From the NCBI GenBank assembly GCA_026647215.1, contig JAPKHC010000005.1, positions 64,316 to 128,315 on the forward strand: a stretch of 64,000 bases of DNA, written 5' to 3'. The stretch's first letter is position 1. Each line of letters starts with the position of its first letter. This document shows, one piece after another, positions 34,154-43,101 of the stretch. This stretch comes from Planctomycetota bacterium (GTDB lineage: Bacteria > Planctomycetota > UBA1135 > GCA-002686595). The position numbers and the translations under genes are program-made. Below the pieces are notes generated by a model. It ran no database searches. It saw nothing but the letters and a program-made list of their open reading frames with translations, and was not told where the DNA came from.

Positions 34154-35146
34154 TCAGCGCAGCGGCCGCGCCTCGACGCCCTCGAACGTCATCTGCACGG
34201 GCCGAATGCGGCCTTGCGCGTCGAACTCGAGCTTGTCGATGCACGTCACGCGATGGTCGCGACCGAGGTTGGGGATCGGGCGGCGGTGGTAGACCATGTA
34301 CCACTCGTCCGTGCCGGGCACTCGAATCACGGAGTTGTGGCCCGCGCCCGTCGCGATGCGCTCGTCCTTCTCGAGCAGCGTGCCGATGCGCTCGAAAGGA
34401 CCCGGGGGCGAATCGGCGATCGCGTAGGCGACGCGGTACGAGCCATCGCCCCAGCCGCCCTCGGACCAGAGGAAATAGCAGCGCCCCTCGCGCCGGAACA
34501 TCACCGGACCTTCGACGTAACCCTGAGGGGTGATCTCGCGGAACGTCGTGCCGTCGGGCCACGGGAGGAAGCCGGTGAGCTCATCGTTGAGCCGCGCGAC
34601 GTTGCAGTGGCCCCAGCCGCCGTAGAACAGGTACAGCGATCCGTCGTCGTCGCGGAACACGAATGGGTCGATCGGCTGCGAGTCGTTGTGGAAGTCGCCG
34701 ACGAGCGGGCGACCGAGCAAGTCACGGTACGGACCCTGCGGCGCGTCGGCGACGGCGACACCGATGCCGCCAGTGTGGCTCTTCGTGTCGGCAGGATCCC
34801 ACAGCGGCCCACCGGGGCGCTGCAGGTCGTTGGCGGAAAACACGAGGAAGAAGCGGCCCTTGTGCTCGAGCACCGACGGCGCCCACAACGCGCGATAGGC
34901 CCACTTCACGTTCTCGAGCGCGAGCACACGCTCGCGCTTCGTCCAGCGAACGAGGTCGGGCGAGGAGAATGCGTCGAAGTGCGTCTGCTCGTCGTAGGCG
35001 GCCGACGTCGTCGGGAAGATCCAGTATTGCCCGGCGAGCACGGCTCCTTCCGGATCGGCGTACCAGCCGTCGAACACGGGGTTGCCCGAGCGCGGAGTAC
35101 TGCACGCGGCGAGCAGAGTGACGATGCAGGCGAGAGCGAGCTTCAT
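34154..35146 (-). CDS. glycoside hydrolase family 43 lipoprotein (xylosidase/arabinofuranosidase-like)
   Basis: 330 aa from the internal ATG. MKLALACIVTLLAACS lipobox. Motifs NPVFDGWYADP, LWAPSV, IDPFVFRDDDGSLYLFYGG and EGPVMFRREGRCYFLWSEGG. Confidence 0.85.
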   Translation of the reverse strand: MKLALACIVTLLAACSTPRSGNPVFDGWYADPEGAVLAGQYWIFPTTSAAYDEQTHFDAFSSPDLVRWTKRERVLALENVKWAYRALWAPSVLEHKGRFFLVFSANDLQRPGGPLWDPADTKSHTGGIGVAVADAPQGPYRDLLGRPLVGDFHNDSQPIDPFVFRDDDGSLYLFYGGWGHCNVARLNDELTGFLPWPDGTTFREITPQGYVEGPVMFRREGRCYFLWSEGGWGDGSYRVAYAIADSPPGPFERIGTLLEKDERIATGAGHNSVIRVPGTDEWYMVYHRRPIPNLGRDHRVTCIDKLEFDAQGRIRPVQMTFEGVEARPLR

Positions 35147-35667
35147 CGCGGCAGCACCGTCAGGTACTCGCGCCACGGACCGACCTCGTCCTTGTACTGG
35201 AACGCGAGCGTGCGCGAGATCTGCGCGAGGTGGTTCAGGTCGTGCACGACCCACGTCGCGAGCAGTTGCTTCATCGTCACCGCCCCGAGCGCGGGATGCT
35301 TGCCGGGCAGCGTGAGCTGCCGGTCATCGAGCGCGAGCCGCTGCAGCTCGCCCAGTCCCTGCATGCGCAGGTCCTCGAACTCCGCCAGCAGCTCCTCGAG
35401 CGACTTGCCGACGCACTCGCGGAACTGCGCGAATCGATCGAACGGCGGAAACGGCTCGCTGTCACCGTGTGCCAGGATCCAGCGCACACGCGGCAACCAG
35501 TCCGCCCGCTCGCCATGCACGAGATGCCCGACCACGTCATAGGCCGACCACGTCTCGCCGCCACAATTCGCGCGCGTCCACTCGTCCGGCAAGCCCTCCA
35601 GCAGCTCCCTCAACGCCCCCGGCGTCCGCCACAGGATCTCGACCGACCGCTCGACGTCGTGCTTCAT
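35143..35667 (-). CDS. DinB-family protein
   Basis: 174 aa with W.A..VVGHLVHGE and ATWVVHDLNHLAQI (His triad). Its stop overlaps the GH43 start (ATGA). Confidence 0.8.
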   Translation of the reverse strand: MKHDVERSVEILWRTPGALRELLEGLPDEWTRANCGGETWSAYDVVGHLVHGERADWLPRVRWILAHGDSEPFPPFDRFAQFRECVGKSLEELLAEFEDLRMQGLGELQRLALDDRQLTLPGKHPALGAVTMKQLLATWVVHDLNHLAQISRTLAFQYKDEVGPWREYLTVLPR

Positions 35668-35705
35668 CGCGCGCAGGGTAGCGATCTCGCGGGAGCGGTC
35701 GTAGC

Positions 35706-36347
35706 TTGGGACCTGTGGATCTGCGGACGAAACTCGCTGTCGCGATCACGGTCGGTGTGATTGCCGCACTGACGGTTGTGGCATGGACATGGTCGCAAGC
35801 AGAATCTGAGCCGACTCGTCTGGTTGAGCCACAAGAGGCTTCCATCGACTCGCCGCTGCGTGACGATCCCCCTGACTCGGCGTGGAACTCCGAACGCAGT
35901 CGGCCAATGTTGGAGCTCAACCCCGACCTGCATGCCACGAAAACCCACACGGAGATCATCCTCGACTGCCGCCGCCCGAGTGAGGAGCAGCGTGTCTTCG
36001 ACCAGACAGGATCCGCGGTCGTGCGGCTGGGCGTCGACGGCTCTTCGACGCTTTGGGTCTCCTCCGGCGACGGCTACTGGTTCGTGGACTTCGAGATCCC
36101 GTTGCGGCCGAACCTGCAGCGCGGCGACGCCCTTGAAGTGCACTTCGTGGAGATGTCGTGCACATCCTTCGATGAAACCTCGGAAGTCCACGGCTGGATC
36201 GCGCTCTCCGAGCTTCCGACAAAGCTCGGACAGACCATTCACTTCGAGCTTGGCACCAGCGTGTCGCCGAATCGTTGTTACCGCGCGGAGGGTTCGGCGA
36301 AAGTGGAGCAAGCGGTGAGCGAATCGCCGCCCGCGCTCACTCGATGA
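35706..36347 (+). CDS. hypothetical membrane-anchored protein
   Basis: 213-aa ORF with a TTG start (GTG 35715 is an alternative). N-terminal helix LAVAITVGVIAALTVVAWTW. No recognisable family. Three hand-counted lines give about 58-63% GC, at the low end for this window. The 3' end overlaps the convergent lysC by 11 nt. Confidence 0.4.
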   Translation: MGPVDLRTKLAVAITVGVIAALTVVAWTWSQAESEPTRLVEPQEASIDSPLRDDPPDSAWNSERSRPMLELNPDLHATKTHTEIILDCRRPSEEQRVFDQTGSAVVRLGVDGSSTLWVSSGDGYWFVDFEIPLRPNLQRGDALEVHFVEMSCTSFDETSEVHGWIALSELPTKLGQTIHFELGTSVSPNRCYRAEGSAKVEQAVSESPPALTR

Positions 36348-37692
36348 ACGCGCGGTGCAGCCGCTGCACGGCGAGCTGCGCCTGATCGGCGCGCACGACG
36401 AGGCTCAAGTTGATCTCGCTGGCGCCGTGGCTGATCATCTCGACGTTGATGTCGCCGAGCGCGCCGAAAACCTGAGCGCCGAGGCCCGCCTTCGAGCTCA
36501 GGCGCTCGCCGAGCACCGCGACGATCGCGCGCCCTTCGGCCACGTCGACCTGAGCGAAGCGCCGCAGCTCCGCCACGATCGGCGCGAGCACGACCCCGTG
36601 TTCCACCGTGAGCGACACCGACACTTCCGCCGTCGCCACGAGGTCGATCGACACGCCGTGGCGGCCAAAAACCTCGAACAAACGGGCCAAAAAGCCAGCT
36701 TGCGCGAGCATGCGCGAGCTGCGCACGGTGAGCACCGTGATCGGAGCGCGCGACGCGAGCGCCGTCACCGCTCGGCCCGTCGACACCGGCTCCGCCGTGA
36801 TCGTCGTGAACGCACCTTCGGGCCGCATCGTGTGGCGCACGGTCACCGGAATGCGCGCGTCGATCGCCGGCTGCACGGTCGCCGGATGCAGCACCTTCGC
36901 GCCGAAAGCCGCGAGCTCCGCCGCCTCCGCGAAGGACAGGTGCGGGATCGGGCGCGCCGCGGGCACGACGCGCGGATCGGCGGTGAGCACACCCTCGACG
37001 TCGGTCCAGATCTGGATGTCGTCGACACCGAGCGCGGCGCCGAAGATCGCCGCCGAGTAGTCGCTGCCGCCGCGGCCGAGCGTCGTCGTCGCACCGTCTT
37101 CGGCCGCACCGATGTAACCCTGCGTCACGACCACGTGACCCGCGCGCACGAGCGGCTTGAGGCGCTCTTCCACCAGCACGGCAACCGCGTCGAAGCGCGG
37201 CGCCGCGTTCCCGAAGCTCGCGTCCGTGCGCAGCGCCTCGCGCGCATCGAACAGCGTGACCTCGGTGCCATCGGCTTCGAGAAACGCCGCGAACACTTGC
37301 GTCGAGAGCCGCTCGCCGAGACTCGCGATCGCGTCCATCGAGCGCGGGCTGAGTTCGCGCAGGAGCCCGACCCCGCGCAGCATCGACTCGAGCTCGACGC
37401 GCAGCGCCGCCAGGCCCTCTTTCGCGCGCGCCGGCACTCCGTTCGGGCACAGCTCCGCCAGCGCCGCGTCATGGCGCGCGAGCAGCGCCGCCGCTTCACC
37501 GAGCGCACCCTCGACTTCGCCCTTGCGCGCCGTCGCCGCCGCACGAAACAACGCGTCCGTGGTCTTGCCCATCGCCGACAGGACAACGAGTGGGCCGCGC
37601 TCGAGCGCACCCCGCACGACCCGCGCGACCTGCCGCATGCAGGCCGCATCGGCCACCGACGAACCACCGAACTTGAGCACGCGCGGAGTCAT
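36337..37692 (-). CDS. lysC: aspartate kinase
   Basis: 451 aa from the internal ATG. Motifs VLKFGGSSV, VVVLSAMGKTTD, VVTQGYIG, TTLGRGGSDYSA and IQIWTDVEGVLTADPR, plus C-terminal ACT domains. Confidence 0.9.
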   Translation of the reverse strand: MTPRVLKFGGSSVADAACMRQVARVVRGALERGPLVVLSAMGKTTDALFRAAATARKGEVEGALGEAAALLARHDAALAELCPNGVPARAKEGLAALRVELESMLRGVGLLRELSPRSMDAIASLGERLSTQVFAAFLEADGTEVTLFDAREALRTDASFGNAAPRFDAVAVLVEERLKPLVRAGHVVVTQGYIGAAEDGATTTLGRGGSDYSAAIFGAALGVDDIQIWTDVEGVLTADPRVVPAARPIPHLSFAEAAELAAFGAKVLHPATVQPAIDARIPVTVRHTMRPEGAFTTITAEPVSTGRAVTALASRAPITVLTVRSSRMLAQAGFLARLFEVFGRHGVSIDLVATAEVSVSLTVEHGVVLAPIVAELRRFAQVDVAEGRAIVAVLGERLSSKAGLGAQVFGALGDINVEMISHGASEINLSLVVRADQAQLAVQRLHRAFIE

Positions 37693-37873
37693 GGGCGCGA
37701 GAGGATAGCGCACCCCGCCGCCGCGCGCCGCCTCAGTCGGTGACAGAGATTGCCTCCCATCCACCCCCCTTTGGGTGCAACGCTCGCCGAACGGCTGCTT
37801 ATCGATGGTTGCTCCCACTCGAGTTTCCGCTGTCGACGGTATCCGTCACCGGTCGCCTCACTAGGATTCCTGC

Positions 37874-38983
37874 ATGCGTGCGAATTGGGTCATCTTCGCG
37901 GGCGTTCTGCTGTGCGCGGCCTGCGGGAGCGAGTCGACTCCGGCAGGTGCAGGCGTGGTCGCGATGCCAGGCAAGCTCGCGGTCGGCATGCGCGTGATCG
38001 ACGAGAACGGCGCGGCACTCGCCGAGCGCGAGCTCGCGGTGTTCGTCGGTGCGAGTGGGCTGGTTCCACCGCGGCTCGATCCGTTCGTCGGCAGCGCGCG
38101 CACCGATGCGGAAGGTCGAGTCACGCTCGCGGTTCCCGCGTCGATGGCCGGACACACGCTGCAGCTCGTCCTCACGCTCGAGGGCGACTCCGAGCGCCGC
38201 TGCTGGACAGGAAGTGCGCCGACGGAGAGCGGACAGGCCCAAGTGGAGGTCGGCGACGTAACGCTGCGATCTCCATCGATCCAGCTGCCGCCCGAGAAGA
38301 TCCGCAAGCTCGTCGACGACGAACTCGAGAAGCGCTTGCTCAGGAGCTTTGCGCTTTGGTTTGACAAGAAGGGCGTCGAAGGGGATCTCGAATGGCAACT
38401 TCGCGAGGCGGCGCTGCGAGGAGGCGATCGCTGGTCCCGCTTCTTGCGAGATCGCCTCCACACCGCGCACCGCAGGCTGCACCGCCCCGAAGAAGACGAT
38501 GCGTGGACCCAGACCCTTTCGGCCTGGCGCCTCGCACAGGGGCGTCCGCTGATCGCCAAGGTGATCCTGCATCCGGAGGACAGCGATGGAAAGCCGCGTC
38601 GCGCGCTCGATGAGGTGCGCTACGAGGTGATGAACCTCGACACCACGGAGTGGATCAGTCCGACCGACAACCCAGACTCGGTGCTCTTCGAGGTCACCGA
38701 TCTCGAGGGCCAGCCCGCCGAGCGTGCCAACTGGCCCTACTTCCACCGGAGTGGGAACTGGATCTCGGAACAGTGGACGTTCCCGCCTGGCGCCACCCAG
38801 CGCGATGTCGACTCCGAGAACTGGTGGACTGCGGACTTCTCGAGACAATTCGTGCTCGGCCCCGGTGAATGGATCGTGCGGCTGCGTGCCGCGCCGAAGG
38901 GCGATTTTGGCGGCGAGGACGGCATCGTCTGCCCGGTCATCTTCGACTCCGACCCCTTCATCGTGCGCATCCACGGGAAGTAG
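37874..38983 (+). CDS. hypothetical lipoprotein with N-terminal beta-sandwich domain
   Basis: 369 aa. MRANWVIFAGVLLCAACGS lipobox. LAVGMRVIDENGAALAERELAVFVG...TDAEGRVTL resembles a carboxypeptidase-regulatory-like unit. Confidence 0.5.
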   Translation: MRANWVIFAGVLLCAACGSESTPAGAGVVAMPGKLAVGMRVIDENGAALAERELAVFVGASGLVPPRLDPFVGSARTDAEGRVTLAVPASMAGHTLQLVLTLEGDSERRCWTGSAPTESGQAQVEVGDVTLRSPSIQLPPEKIRKLVDDELEKRLLRSFALWFDKKGVEGDLEWQLREAALRGGDRWSRFLRDRLHTAHRRLHRPEEDDAWTQTLSAWRLAQGRPLIAKVILHPEDSDGKPRRALDEVRYEVMNLDTTEWISPTDNPDSVLFEVTDLEGQPAERANWPYFHRSGNWISEQWTFPPGATQRDVDSENWWTADFSRQFVLGPGEWIVRLRAAPKGDFGGEDGIVCPVIFDSDPFIVRIHGK

Positions 38984-39030
38984 GAACGTGTGAGCTTGCG
39001 GGCGCGGCCCGCGGCGCTACACTTAGCTAT

Positions 39031-39396
39031 ATGGCTAACCGTAAGGAGGCGGCGGCGAGGCTCGACGGCGTGTTCGCGGCGCTCGGGGATCCGACGCGGC
39101 GGGCGGTGCTGGAGCGGCTGGCGCGCGGGGCGGCGAGCGTGAGTGAGCTCGCGCAACCCTTCGACATGGCGCTGCCGTCCTTCGTCAAGCACCTCGGCGT
39201 GCTCGAGGACTGCGGCCTGGTCCGCAGCCGCAAGGAAGGCCGTGTCCGCACGTGCGAGCTGAGCCCTCGCGCGCTCACCCTGGCCGAAGGCTGGCTCACG
39301 GCGCAGCGCACGCTCTGGGAGCGCCGCAGTGACGCCATGGCGGCCTTCGCCGAAGAACTGCATCGAAAGGAAACCCGTGCAACGCGCCGACCCTGA
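39031..39396 (+). CDS. ArsR/SmtB-family transcriptional regulator
   Basis: 121 aa from the internal ATG. FAALGDPTRRAVLERLARGAASVSELAQPFDMALPSFVKHLGVLEDCGLV. The inverted repeat TTAGC-N6-GCTAA (39023-39038) spans the start codon. Confidence 0.8.
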   Translation: MANRKEAAARLDGVFAALGDPTRRAVLERLARGAASVSELAQPFDMALPSFVKHLGVLEDCGLVRSRKEGRVRTCELSPRALTLAEGWLTAQRTLWERRSDAMAAFAEELHRKETRATRRP

Positions 39397-39862
39397 ACCC
39401 ACCCACCCCGACGACCTCGTGATCTCGCGCCTCGTCAAGGCGCCGCGCCGCACCGTGTGGCGCACCTGGACCGAACCGAAGCTGCTCGTCGAGTGGTTCT
39501 GCCCCAAGCCGTGGACGACGGAGTTGAAGGCCTTCGACCTTCGGCCTGGTGGCGGCTTCCACACGCTGATGCGCGGACCCGACGGCGGCGTGAGCGACAA
39601 CCCCGGCTGTTTCCTCGAGATCGTGCAGCTCGAGCGGCTCGTCTTCACGACGCAGCTCGGGGCCGACTGGCGGCCGCAGACCTCCTGGATGCCACTGACC
39701 GCGGTGATCTCGCTCGCCGACGAAGGCGAACACACGCGCTACGTCGCGCGCGTCATGCACCCCGACCGCGCGACACGCGACCGGCACGAGGAGCTCGGCT
39801 TCTTCGAAGGCTGGAACACGTGCATCGCGCAGCTCGAGGAGTTCGCGCGTACGTTGCGTTGA
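39377..39862 (+). CDS. SRPBCC-superfamily protein (AHSA1/Aha1-like)
   Basis: 161 aa from a GTG preceded by GAAAGGAAA. Motifs ISRLVKAPRRTVWRTWTEPKLLVEWF, GG.F...M.GPDG and GW...I.QLEEF. ArsR-SRPBCC is a common gene pair. Overlaps the ArsR 3' end by 20 nt. Confidence 0.75.
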   Translation: MQRADPEPTHPDDLVISRLVKAPRRTVWRTWTEPKLLVEWFCPKPWTTELKAFDLRPGGGFHTLMRGPDGGVSDNPGCFLEIVQLERLVFTTQLGADWRPQTSWMPLTAVISLADEGEHTRYVARVMHPDRATRDRHEELGFFEGWNTCIAQLEEFARTLR

Positions 39863-39869
39863 ACGCGAC

Positions 39870-42800
39870 TCAGTGCACGAGATCGCCGGTGGCGTCCGCG
39901 GGCCCGGTCGTGATGTAGACGGGCTTGTAGACGCCGCCGGAACCGACGTGGTCGACAACCCGCAGGACGAGCGAATGCCGCTCGCCGGCGCGTGCGCGGC
40001 CGGTGAGGTCGGTCGTGGTGCGCACGAGCCAGACGGTCTCGTTCGTCTCGGGGTTGCCGTGGCGCGCGAGCTCGCGGCCGTCGAGGTAGACGCGGTAGGA
40101 ATCGTCGACGCCTTCGCACACGAGCGTGAGCGCATCCTCCTTCCAGTGCGCCGGCACCTCGAAGCTCGTGCGGTACCAGGCGACGCCGTCGCGGTGCTCG
40201 AAACCGACGTTTTCCCAGTGTTTTCCGGCCTCGATCGGCGCCCACTGGGCACCGGCGTGCTCGCCGCCGTCGAACCAGCCGTCCGCGACTCCACGGTCGG
40301 TCGGGTCGAAGGCGATCTGCCACTGCACGAGGTCGAGCGGCGCGGCGGAGAGCGCGCGTTCGAGGCGCGCGGCAAGTTCCGGCGGGACGCTCGCACGCGA
40401 ATCCGGGCCCTTGGCGAGGTGCTCGAGCAGGCAGCTGAACACGTACTGCCCCGCCGGCGTCGAACGTTCGAGCGTCGACGCACCCAGACGCCCCTTGCCG
40501 TAGCGCGTGGTGAACGCGAACAGCCACGGGTTGACGTGCGCGATGTCGTGCGTGTCCCAGAAGCCGAGCAACGGATCGACATGGTCGAGCCACGCGTCGC
40601 CGTGCAGCACGGTACCGTTCTCGAGGTCGAAGCTCGAGAGCTCGATCAGGAAGTCTTGCGGGAGCTTGTCGTTGAGCGCGTGCGGCGGCGCGAACGGAGC
40701 ACCCTTGAGGAACCAGATCGAGTCCGTGCGCAGGCTCCCCTTGCGATCGCCCGCGACGAGCAGCGCCCGGCCACCTTGCTTCACGAACTCGAGCGTCGCG
40801 GCGTCGAGCTTCTCGACCACGCGCACGGCATCCGCCGCGACGGTCGGCGCCTCAGGCAAGCGCCACAGTTTCCACGTGTTGCTCGTTGGATGCGCTCCAC
40901 GCAGTTCCGCGCGCACTTCGAGCGGCGTCGGGCGTTCGACGGGCGGCAAGTCGAGCGACAGGCCCAAGCGCGACGAAACCTCGCCCGATTCGGCCTGAAC
41001 AGCGGACTCCTGCTCGACTCCGAGCTCCGGCACCCGCACGACGAGCGTTCCGGCGAGCCGCCCAAGGCCCGAATGCGCGACGCGCAGGCCGAGCGACTGC
41101 GGACCTGATCCGAGTGCGCGTGAGTCCCGGCGCACGCCAGGCTCGAGCGCGATCAGCGTGTCGCGGTGCCAGCTCCATTGCTCCGGCGTCCACTTGAGCT
41201 CGTCGAAGTCGTCGAAGAAGCCCATGCGTGCCTTGGTGAAGTCGCGCACGACCGAGAGCGTGTAGCCTGCGTCCGGAGCGCTCACCCGCAATCGCTCGAT
41301 CTGGTACTTGCGGTTGCGCAGCGCAAATTCGAGCGAAATCGGCCGCAGCGACGCCCGCGTCTCGGCGCCAAACAACCGCTCGAGCCGTTCCTCGAAGGCA
41401 AGTTGCGGCGCCAGCCCCCACGGCTGCCACCACAGCGGCTCGTCACCGTGCAACTTGTCCCAGCGCGCGAGATCCATCCACGTGTCCGCCGCGATGCACT
41501 CGCCCAGCACGAGCGGCTTGGGCTTGCGTGCGGCGATGTGCTCGCGCATCTGCGCCAGCTTGCCCGGCCACCACGAGTTGTTGCCGTACGGGTGATCGTC
41601 GTAGAAGTCGTGCACGCGGTGCCACTCGATCCACGCGCTGTCGTCCACGACGAGCGCCTGCGGGGCGAGCTGCTTGCAGCGGTCGTAGAGCGCCTGGATC
41701 ACGCTCAACTCCGCCGAGTGTCCGGTCTCGCACGTCAGGCTGCGCAGCGCGACCGAGACGTGGCTGCGGTCGTAACGATGGAACTCATCGTACTCGCGGC
41801 GCAGCTCCGCAAGGTGCTCGCCCGTGAGCGTCGGGTGCCACGTCGGGTACTCCTGCCAAACGATCAACCCGATTTCGTCGCACAGCTCGTACACGCACTC
41901 CGGCGGAACCCACAGGCAGGCCTTGAGCAGGTTGCAGCCGAGCGACTTGATGCTCTCGAGTTGCGTGCGCCAGTAGGCGCGATCTTCCGGCGGCGCGAAG
42001 TGCGGCGGCGAGTAACCCCAGTGCAACATCCCGCGCAGTTGCAGCGGGCGGCCGTTGAGCGTGATGCGCGTGCCGTCCGTGCGCAGGTCGCGGAAGCCGA
42101 CGCGCTTGGGGAGCTGTCCGAGCTTGCGTTCGCCGCTGAGCAGCTCGAAGGCGACGGTGTAGAGCTCGGGCCGCTCCGGATCCCAGCGGCGCACGTCGTC
42201 GGGCACCTCGAGCTCCCCCACGAAGTTCCAGCGGCCCTCGTGACCCGTCACGGTGCCGATCTCGCGCGTGGCAAGTTCCTTCGCGTCCTCGAGCAGCGTG
42301 ACCTTGAGCCGGAGCGGCTCGGCGAGGCTCGCTGCGAGCACGGGCACTTCGAAGCGCACGCGCGGGTGCTCCCCGGCGGCATCCCCGAACACGAACACCT
42401 GCTCCCGCTCGATCACCGGCCCGAAGTCCGCGCACAGCTCGACCGACCGCCAAAGTCCGCCAAAATGCGGCTGAATCACGGGCAAGAAGCCCTGAGTGTT
42501 GTGCCCGACCTTTTCGTCGACGCGCACCTCGAGCAACGCGCTTCCATCGGCGAGCGCACGAGTTACGTCGACCGACCACGGGGTCCACGCGCCGAGGTGC
42601 GCGCCCACTTCGACACCGTCGGCGAACACGCGCGCGTGCGTCGCGGCGCCGTGGAAGAGCACGCGCACGGCCTCGGCCTCGCCCGAGCTCGCGAGCGCGA
42701 TGCGGTACCACGCGACGCCGTCGAACTTCTCCCCGAGCACGTCCTCGAACGTCCCCGGCACCTTGACCTTGCGCCAACCTTCGGTCGGTCGCTCGCCAGC

Positions 42801-42914
42801 CACCGTCTCGACCGCGAGTTCCCAGCCTCGTTCGAGCGGCGAACGCTGCTGCGCGCCCGCCCAGCCCGCGAGTCCCACGATCGCCCACGCCACCACGTTT
42901 CGTCGCAGCTGCAT
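39870..42914 (-). CDS. glycoside hydrolase family 2-like secreted enzyme
   Basis: 1014 aa from the internal ATG. Signal peptide MQLRRNVVAWAIVGLAGWAGAQQ. GH2 N-terminal sugar-binding pattern W.KVKVPGTFE...FDGVAWYRI...VLFHGAATHARVFADGVEVGAHLGAWTPWSVDVT. A second galactose-binding-like unit lies near the C-terminus (GVAWYRTSFEVP...LVCEGVDDSYRVYLDGRE). Confidence 0.7.
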   Translation of the reverse strand: MQLRRNVVAWAIVGLAGWAGAQQRSPLERGWELAVETVAGERPTEGWRKVKVPGTFEDVLGEKFDGVAWYRIALASSGEAEAVRVLFHGAATHARVFADGVEVGAHLGAWTPWSVDVTRALADGSALLEVRVDEKVGHNTQGFLPVIQPHFGGLWRSVELCADFGPVIEREQVFVFGDAAGEHPRVRFEVPVLAASLAEPLRLKVTLLEDAKELATREIGTVTGHEGRWNFVGELEVPDDVRRWDPERPELYTVAFELLSGERKLGQLPKRVGFRDLRTDGTRITLNGRPLQLRGMLHWGYSPPHFAPPEDRAYWRTQLESIKSLGCNLLKACLWVPPECVYELCDEIGLIVWQEYPTWHPTLTGEHLAELRREYDEFHRYDRSHVSVALRSLTCETGHSAELSVIQALYDRCKQLAPQALVVDDSAWIEWHRVHDFYDDHPYGNNSWWPGKLAQMREHIAARKPKPLVLGECIAADTWMDLARWDKLHGDEPLWWQPWGLAPQLAFEERLERLFGAETRASLRPISLEFALRNRKYQIERLRVSAPDAGYTLSVVRDFTKARMGFFDDFDELKWTPEQWSWHRDTLIALEPGVRRDSRALGSGPQSLGLRVAHSGLGRLAGTLVVRVPELGVEQESAVQAESGEVSSRLGLSLDLPPVERPTPLEVRAELRGAHPTSNTWKLWRLPEAPTVAADAVRVVEKLDAATLEFVKQGGRALLVAGDRKGSLRTDSIWFLKGAPFAPPHALNDKLPQDFLIELSSFDLENGTVLHGDAWLDHVDPLLGFWDTHDIAHVNPWLFAFTTRYGKGRLGASTLERSTPAGQYVFSCLLEHLAKGPDSRASVPPELAARLERALSAAPLDLVQWQIAFDPTDRGVADGWFDGGEHAGAQWAPIEAGKHWENVGFEHRDGVAWYRTSFEVPAHWKEDALTLVCEGVDDSYRVYLDGRELARHGNPETNETVWLVRTTTDLTGRARAGERHSLVLRVVDHVGSGGVYKPVYITTGPADATGDLVH

Positions 42915-43101
42915 CACGTCGCCGATGCTAGCGCGACTCCCGGACGCGGAAGCTCCTGCGTTCCGCTCCGCGCGCACCCGACGCCGTGACCAAGTGCGAA
43001 TTCGTTCCCGCCGGCCGGAAAAGTCTGCCTCGCAGTCCCGCGCACGAATCGCGCGCGTCTGGGGTGCAAAGTCCGCGGAATCTCGATCCGATGCACTCGC
43101 C

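Noticed and set aside
35706-36347. Lower-GC hypothetical gene considered as a horizontally acquired islet
   Set aside because: Hand counts of three lines gave 58-63% GC, which overlaps the range of some neighbouring genes. No flanking repeats, tRNA or integrase are present. There is insufficient evidence for a mobile origin.
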